Source: Verrucomicrobiota bacterium (GTDB taxonomy: Bacteria; Verrucomicrobiota; Verrucomicrobiia; Limisphaerales; AAA164-E04). Taken from it: a stretch of DNA of 64,000 nucleotides. Under the pieces are notes generated by a model. That model worked only from the letters and a program-made list of their open reading frames with translations, made no database searches and was not told the DNA's origin. Both the position numbers and the translations under genes were made by a program. Location of the stretch: positions 3,264,001-3,328,000 of the forward strand of contig CP170459.1 of NCBI GenBank assembly GCA_047947115.1, in the 5' to 3' direction. Below, piece after piece: positions 58,626 to 64,000 of the stretch. Each line of letters starts with the position of its first letter. Within the stretch, counting starts at the first letter, position 1.

Positions 58626-60902
58626 ATGAAAACGTTGATGCATGCCATGCGAGCCCCGATATTTGTCGGTCTGTTGATTATTCCGACGCTGGCCGGGTGC
58701 CAAACCAGAACGCAGCGCAGTGTTGTCCATCATCATTCCACACAACCATATGTGGTGCGTGAGGTGACGACCACGACCACCAAAAAGTCCGTGCCGGTTG
58801 ACCCTGCGCCCGTTACGAAGCCTGCCGTTGTGACGGAGTCTTCCGCTTTTTCTACTCCGGAGCCTGTCAAACTGACGCCGGCGGCCAACGATGTTGTTAA
58901 ATTATATGAATCGATGGTGAGTGAGGATGTGTTGATATCATTTGCCGAACATTCTCATTATCCGTTCAAACTGACCGCTGATCAAATTGTTTACATGCAG
59001 GATATTGGGGTAAGTGATGCGGTTTTGAACGCCATGATTGAACGGGATGCCTTATTGACCGGGCAACCGGCGCCGCAGATGCTGGTTCAAAACGATGACG
59101 TTGCTCAGGAAATGCAGGTGGCCGCCGCAGCATCAGAAGTTCAGGCCCCGGTATATGCGGGTAATCCGCCGCCTGCCACCGAACCTGTTCCCCAGACAAC
59201 CGTAACCGAAACGCGCGTGGTGACCCGGGAATACTTCCATGATCAACTTGCACCCTACGGAAGTTGGGTGCATGTGGACAATTACGGCTGGTGCTGGCGT
59301 CCGACGGTTGCCGTGACGAATATGCACTGGCAACCATACAGTGACAACGGGCGATGGGTTTACACCGACAATGGCTGGTACTGGCATTCTTACTACAGCT
59401 GGGGTTGGGCTCCTTTCCATTATGGTCGTTGGTCTCGTCATGGGAATTATGGATGGGTTTGGGTTCCGGACACGGTTTGGGGTCCCTCCTGGGTCACCTG
59501 GCGCTATTCCGATGCCTACTGCGGATGGGCGCCTTTGCCTCCGGCTGCCGTTTATCGTTCCGGATTTGGTTTCACTTACCACGGTAAAAACGTCTCCGTC
59601 GGATTCGGATTCGGCCTGACTTATGATCATTTCCATTTTGTTTCCCGCCGCAATTTCACGCATCATCACGTGGGACACCATCGACTGGGCAGGGATCAGG
59701 CAAGAAGTATCTACAATAGAACCACCATCGTGAATAATTACAATATCACCAACAACAACGTCGTGGTGAACAATGGGATCAGTCCGGAACGTATCGCGAC
59801 CGGAACCAGCCAGGAAATCAAACGGGTACCCCTGCAGGATGTTGATTCGGTGGAGGGTGTCAAACTGGCCAGTGGTGATGCCAGACAGCCCCGTTCGCTG
59901 CCTGTTTATCGTCCCAAATTGCCCGAACAATCCAGGGATGTGCCTCAAAGAATCCTGAGCAAGCAACAAAGCCGCCCGGCTTTGACCCGCCCCAATCGAG
60001 GTTCGGAAAACATTGCGTTGGCTCGAAGCGAGGAAAGCGCATCCAGACTGCAGACCTCATCTGCCAATACACAACGTCCAGGCACAAGCAGGTCCACCCG
60101 TACGTCAGGGAATCGATCCGGTGAAGCGAATTTGAAACGACCATCCGCTTCCAATTCATCGAGCGCCCAGGTGCGATCCAGTTCCCGTCCCGGACGGACG
60201 ACTGAGAGCAGTTCTCTATCGGCCAGGCCTTCGACGTCAAACCAGTCTCGATCCGTGACCGGCAGCGCCTCTGCTGCCAGACCGTCAACAACGAACAGTT
60301 CCCGTTCCGTTAGCAGCAATTCGAATCGAAACGAGCCGCGACGCCCGACTTATGCTCAACCGTCCGCTTCGACGAGGTCCAACACACGGTCACGAGATTC
60401 GATCTCCTACACACCGCGTCCCCGGACATCCTCCAGCAGAGTGAGCTCAAGTCCCAGGACCGTTTCTCCGAATACAATCAATCGACCCGACATCCAGAGT
60501 CAAACCAGTTCAAATATCAGGAGTCGTACCCCGGAGTCATCTGTGACCACCAGTCGTCCATCCATGAACACACGCAGCCGGCAAATGCCATCGACCACCT
60601 CAAGACCGACCTATTCGGTGCCCAGCACCAGGAACATGGCACCGCGTTCAACCCCGCAAGTGCGTAGTCGAAGCATTCCCGCTCCGCGCTCAACGCCATC
60701 TCGGAGTGTGACGCGTCCGGCTCCTCCGACCCGGAGCAGTTCAGGATCAGTCAGCCAAAGTCCCTCGTCGACGCCTTCGCGTTCGGTGCCGAGCTTCAGG
60801 TCTTCCGCTCCGGCCACGCGGAGTCAGTCTTCGAGTTCAAGTTCCGGATCCAGTTCCAGCTCTAGCTCCGGATCCAGTCGCCCAAGTCGTCCAGGACGTT
60901 GA
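58626..60902 (+). CDS. Lipoprotein with DUF6600-like aromatic repeat domain and long Ser/Arg/Pro/Thr-rich tail
   Basis: LAGC lipobox; LAPYGSW, W.PY..G.W..T..GW.W, WGWAPFHYGRW, WGP.WV.W, GWAPLPP. Confidence 0.85.
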   Translation: MKTLMHAMRAPIFVGLLIIPTLAGCQTRTQRSVVHHHSTQPYVVREVTTTTTKKSVPVDPAPVTKPAVVTESSAFSTPEPVKLTPAANDVVKLYESMVSEDVLISFAEHSHYPFKLTADQIVYMQDIGVSDAVLNAMIERDALLTGQPAPQMLVQNDDVAQEMQVAAAASEVQAPVYAGNPPPATEPVPQTTVTETRVVTREYFHDQLAPYGSWVHVDNYGWCWRPTVAVTNMHWQPYSDNGRWVYTDNGWYWHSYYSWGWAPFHYGRWSRHGNYGWVWVPDTVWGPSWVTWRYSDAYCGWAPLPPAAVYRSGFGFTYHGKNVSVGFGFGLTYDHFHFVSRRNFTHHHVGHHRLGRDQARSIYNRTTIVNNYNITNNNVVVNNGISPERIATGTSQEIKRVPLQDVDSVEGVKLASGDARQPRSLPVYRPKLPEQSRDVPQRILSKQQSRPALTRPNRGSENIALARSEESASRLQTSSANTQRPGTSRSTRTSGNRSGEANLKRPSASNSSSAQVRSSSRPGRTTESSSLSARPSTSNQSRSVTGSASAARPSTTNSSRSVSSNSNRNEPRRPTYAQPSASTRSNTRSRDSISYTPRPRTSSSRVSSSPRTVSPNTINRPDIQSQTSSNIRSRTPESSVTTSRPSMNTRSRQMPSTTSRPTYSVPSTRNMAPRSTPQVRSRSIPAPRSTPSRSVTRPAPPTRSSSGSVSQSPSSTPSRSVPSFRSSAPATRSQSSSSSSGSSSSSSSGSSRPSRPGR

Positions 60903-60923
60903 ACATCTAAGAAGGGGACCGTT

Positions 60924-61922
60924 ATGCTCGAAAAAAGGAAATGGGTGGCTCTGTTGGGATGCCTTGCAACGATTGGTCACATGCAGGCCCAGACCGATAC
61001 GAAGACGGCAAAGTTGATATACGAAACTCATTTTGAGGAGGATGAGGGTTATTCGTTCGATGTCGACCTGATCGGGCAGAACGGCTGGATTGGATTCGGT
61101 GGTGGGGATTCGTTCCTAGAGCAGTCCAATGACGGTTCCACCGGGTTGGTGACCGATTTCCTGGAAGGGCAGGGACAGCAGGCGTATATCGGGTTTGTGA
61201 AACCAGAGCATGAAACGGACATCGAGTTCCTGAGTTTGCTGCAACCACTCGATTATGCTCCGGCTGACGGAAGCGGAGACATCCTTCGATTCACAGTGAG
61301 CATGGGGATCATCGATTCCACTAACGGTGAACGAGATAATTTCCGATGGAGTGTTTACAACACGGAAGGATTTCGTTTGTTTTCGCTGGATTTTGACAAT
61401 GAAACAAAAGTCATCTCCTATGCGCTGGACGATGCGGAGCCCTTGCAACCAACAGGGTTTGAGTTTGATAATGACACTTTCTATCGGATTCGATTGGATA
61501 TCGATTTTGAAAACAACAAATGGTCGGCTTACGCCGGAGAAGTGGTGTTGGTAAAGGATTTGCCGGTCAGTACCCAGAATCTAAAGCGTGATCTGAGCGA
61601 TATAGATGCCGTATGGGCCATCTTCAATCCGGAAGCGCCGGGCGACAATTACATGGTCTTTGACAACTATCGCATCGAAACCTGGGGTGATCCGCCTGCG
61701 CCACCGTCACTGCGTCCATTGGGACGGCTTCCCAATGGAGATTTCGTGATTCGAATTGAAGGCCCTGCGGGAGGACAATATCAGGTGGAAGCTACTACAG
61801 ACTTTCGACAGTGGGTTGTGGTTCAAGACAAATTGGAACTGAATCAAACTGGTAAACTGGATTGGGTGGACGATTCCGCGTCCGCCGATACGGCCCGGTT
61901 TTATCGTCTCAAGAGCCTTTGA
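60924..61922 (+). CDS. Hypothetical secreted protein (beta-sandwich-like) with C-terminal RFYR domain
   Basis: Signal peptide, L.GQNGW motif, C-terminus YQVEATTDF.QW...ARFYRL. Confidence 0.8.
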   Translation: MLEKRKWVALLGCLATIGHMQAQTDTKTAKLIYETHFEEDEGYSFDVDLIGQNGWIGFGGGDSFLEQSNDGSTGLVTDFLEGQGQQAYIGFVKPEHETDIEFLSLLQPLDYAPADGSGDILRFTVSMGIIDSTNGERDNFRWSVYNTEGFRLFSLDFDNETKVISYALDDAEPLQPTGFEFDNDTFYRIRLDIDFENNKWSAYAGEVVLVKDLPVSTQNLKRDLSDIDAVWAIFNPEAPGDNYMVFDNYRIETWGDPPAPPSLRPLGRLPNGDFVIRIEGPAGGQYQVEATTDFRQWVVVQDKLELNQTGKLDWVDDSASADTARFYRLKSL

Positions 61923-61999
61923 TTGCTTGTGGATCTGGTTTTAGGCCACAGCGCCTGCAGACTGGAGTGATTTCGAGGATGGAAGCAGACAAAAGGCAA

Positions 62000-64000
62000 T
62001 CATTGAGGATGGGAAAAGCTCCATTCGTTGTTACGGTCAAACATTTCAACCTTTTGCCCATCGGGCCATTCAATGAGAACGCCTTTTACTTCCGGTCCAT
62101 GTCCCAGGATCTGACGATTCGGGGATTGCGACCAGTAACCGTCGCCGAGGTGTAATTCTCGAGCGGGGCCTTTGGAATCGTCTGCATAGATGAGCCTCAT
62201 CTTGGTTCCGATGGCTTGAAGGTTGTGAGGAGATCCAGTCAGGCGAATGGCGATTCCCGGTTTTCCGCTTTGGTTTTGATAGAGCAAGGTGGAAGCGTTG
62301 TTTTGAACAGCCACAAAATCAGGACGACGGTCGTGATTGAAATCAGCCACCGCCAGGCCTCGACCTTCTCCTCGAAGACGGATGCCGCTCGTTTGGGCGT
62401 CCTGGTATTTGAATGAACCGTCACCCTGACCGAACAACAATGCCCCTTGACCTGCGTCCTGCCGGCTGTCGAGTGCTGATACATCGAAGAAGTTTTGACT
62501 TAAAATCAAGTCTTCGCAGCCGTCTCCGTTGAAATCGCCCACTCCGAGTCCAAACACGGGCGCATATTGCGCCTCTTTGGGTAGAGGCTTGATGATAAAG
62601 CTTTCGCCACGGTTCAGGAGAAGGGTTGATTCGAAAAAACCTGCCTGAACAGATTCGAGTTTGAAGGGGAAAACGCTCAAAATCTCCTCCAGCGATGCAT
62701 CAGCAAATGCGCCAAAGGATGTGTAGGATTGCGAAAGCCAGGGCATCCAGGCTGAAAGGGTACCCCAATCGCGTATCGGCACCTGTTGCCCGGATGGTGG
62801 ATCAAAGCATGATTCCAAGACCGTCATTCCCCCTGGTCCTGAAGGTCCTCCGAAATGGATTTGTAACGGCTGCCGCTCGCGGGCGGCGTGTTCGTGATTG
62901 CAGCCCCAGTTTCCCGCGACAATGTCCATGCGCCCATCCCCGTCCGCATCCATGGTCGTCAGACTGGTCCACCATCCGGTTAATGCATCCAATGTGTGGG
63001 CATGATTCAAAGGAGATGTGTCATGGGGCCATTGGACGGTGATGTTGCTGGTTTTGTAAACTCCCTGTTCGTTTTCGAAAACATGGATGGTTCCCCAGTC
63101 ACACGCCACGATTAATTCAGGCAAATGGTCTCCCAATAGATCACTGAACCCAGCGGCGCTGACTTGTCCCAATCCTTTTAAAAGTTCGCTGGTGGAACGA
63201 TCCAAGATCCAATTGCCACCGTCATTGCGATAAAGAAAACTGTCAGGTGGGTCGGGAAAACGTCCGGGTTGCATCCTGCCTCCCACAAACAAATCCAGGT
63301 CTCCATCTCCATCAACATCCGCCATGCTCATCGGTCCAATACTTGTCTGATCATTGCCATTGATGGTTTTTGTTTTCCCGGTAACCATGGAAAAATGAGT
63401 GAAAGCCGGAATGCCGAGTTGTGTTGCTTCGGTTGAAGATTGTCCCATGATCAGAGCGATGTTGTCTTTATCATGTTTCCACGCGAGAACGGTGGTTTGA
63501 TCGTGAGCCAAGGGAGTTTCGAAGGCCTTGGCCCGCTGTCGTACAAACCGTTGCCCGCTGTCGTTTCTGTATACGCCCAGTTTCCCGCCCTTGCTGCCAC
63601 CGATAAACAGATCTTCCCATCCATCCTGATTGAAATCAAACCAGGCGATCCCGGGCCCCAGTCGACTCATTTTTCGAGGCTGCAATGCCTGGCGTTGAAA
63701 GTCATCATGGGGAGCTTCGACATGTTGATGATTCAGTTGGCTGGAGACATCTTCAAAAAAGGGTGCAGGTTCGGAGGACGGGTTGGTGTTGTGTGGTCCT
63801 TGATGGCTGCCCGATGCCTGTATGATGTTGTAAATGCGGTTGGCGGCGAGGTTTTCGATGCGCTGGGAAACTCCATTGGGCCAGAGCACCTCGATCGAGG
63901 CCCGGGCCGAAGAGGATTGTATCGCAAAAGTTCGGGTGGCTTGATCGCTCGATAAATAGCGTCCTCCTGCCATGATGGTTTGAGTTTGGATTGGGAGCCC
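62000..64000 (-). CDS. FG-GAP/VCBS repeat, CRTAC1/ASPIC-UnbV family protein, 3' part
   Basis: DxDGDGDxD repeats (DFNQDGWED, DVDGDGDLD, DADGDGRMD, DFNGDGCED), AIG...GY.SQ...I.WP.G; frame open to window end. Confidence 0.9.
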   Translation of the reverse strand, partial: GLPIQTQTIMAGGRYLSSDQATRTFAIQSSSARASIEVLWPNGVSQRIENLAANRIYNIIQASGSHQGPHNTNPSSEPAPFFEDVSSQLNHQHVEAPHDDFQRQALQPRKMSRLGPGIAWFDFNQDGWEDLFIGGSKGGKLGVYRNDSGQRFVRQRAKAFETPLAHDQTTVLAWKHDKDNIALIMGQSSTEATQLGIPAFTHFSMVTGKTKTINGNDQTSIGPMSMADVDGDGDLDLFVGGRMQPGRFPDPPDSFLYRNDGGNWILDRSTSELLKGLGQVSAAGFSDLLGDHLPELIVACDWGTIHVFENEQGVYKTSNITVQWPHDTSPLNHAHTLDALTGWWTSLTTMDADGDGRMDIVAGNWGCNHEHAARERQPLQIHFGGPSGPGGMTVLESCFDPPSGQQVPIRDWGTLSAWMPWLSQSYTSFGAFADASLEEILSVFPFKLESVQAGFFESTLLLNRGESFIIKPLPKEAQYAPVFGLGVGDFNGDGCEDLILSQNFFDVSALDSRQDAGQGALLFGQGDGSFKYQDAQTSGIRLRGEGRGLAVADFNHDRRPDFVAVQNNASTLLYQNQSGKPGIAIRLTGSPHNLQAIGTKMRLIYADDSKGPARELHLGDGYWSQSPNRQILGHGPEVKGVLIEWPDGQKVEMFDRNNEWSFSHPQ

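Overview
Bacterial genomic DNA whose gene content points to PVC superphylum, most likely Verrucomicrobiota. The evidence is DUF1592/DUF1552 and DUF1549/1553-DUF1501 operons, a PVC-type CxxCH dehydrogenase, a prepilin-type H-X9-DG protein, Tat-exported Gfo/Idh/MocA enzymes and a sulfatase. Housekeeping genes lie at both ends (folD and selO; then tRNA-Leu, an IscA/ErpA-family gene, a sigma-70 factor, apt, an OGG1-like glycosylase and proS). A long accessory middle encodes secreted and carbohydrate-active proteins. Two features stand out. (1) A four-helix-bundle (IVP/Avd-like) gene is enclosed by inverted arrays of 7-bp TTAG/CTAA repeats. The unit fills exactly the space between a stop codon and the next start codon of an operon. 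An 'empty' two-arm copy and a solo one-arm array of the same repeat family lie within about 6 kb, suggesting an undescribed repeat-bounded intervening element. (2) A probable metal-responsive locus runs from a Fur/Zur-like box through a His-rich secreted leader ending in the RAPP ribosome-arrest motif and a prepilin-like protein to a protein with five His-motif (choice-of-anchor M-like) repeats. It is followed by a second, stop-interrupted CxxC/RAPP leader on the opposite strand that the ORF track misses. Also present are a broken Ser/Thr kinase (nonsense codon 3 plus a frameshift at A_AAA_AAG) and an inactivated IS1-family element 12 bp from the tRNA 3' end. All family assignments come from motif recognition by eye; no database searches were run.
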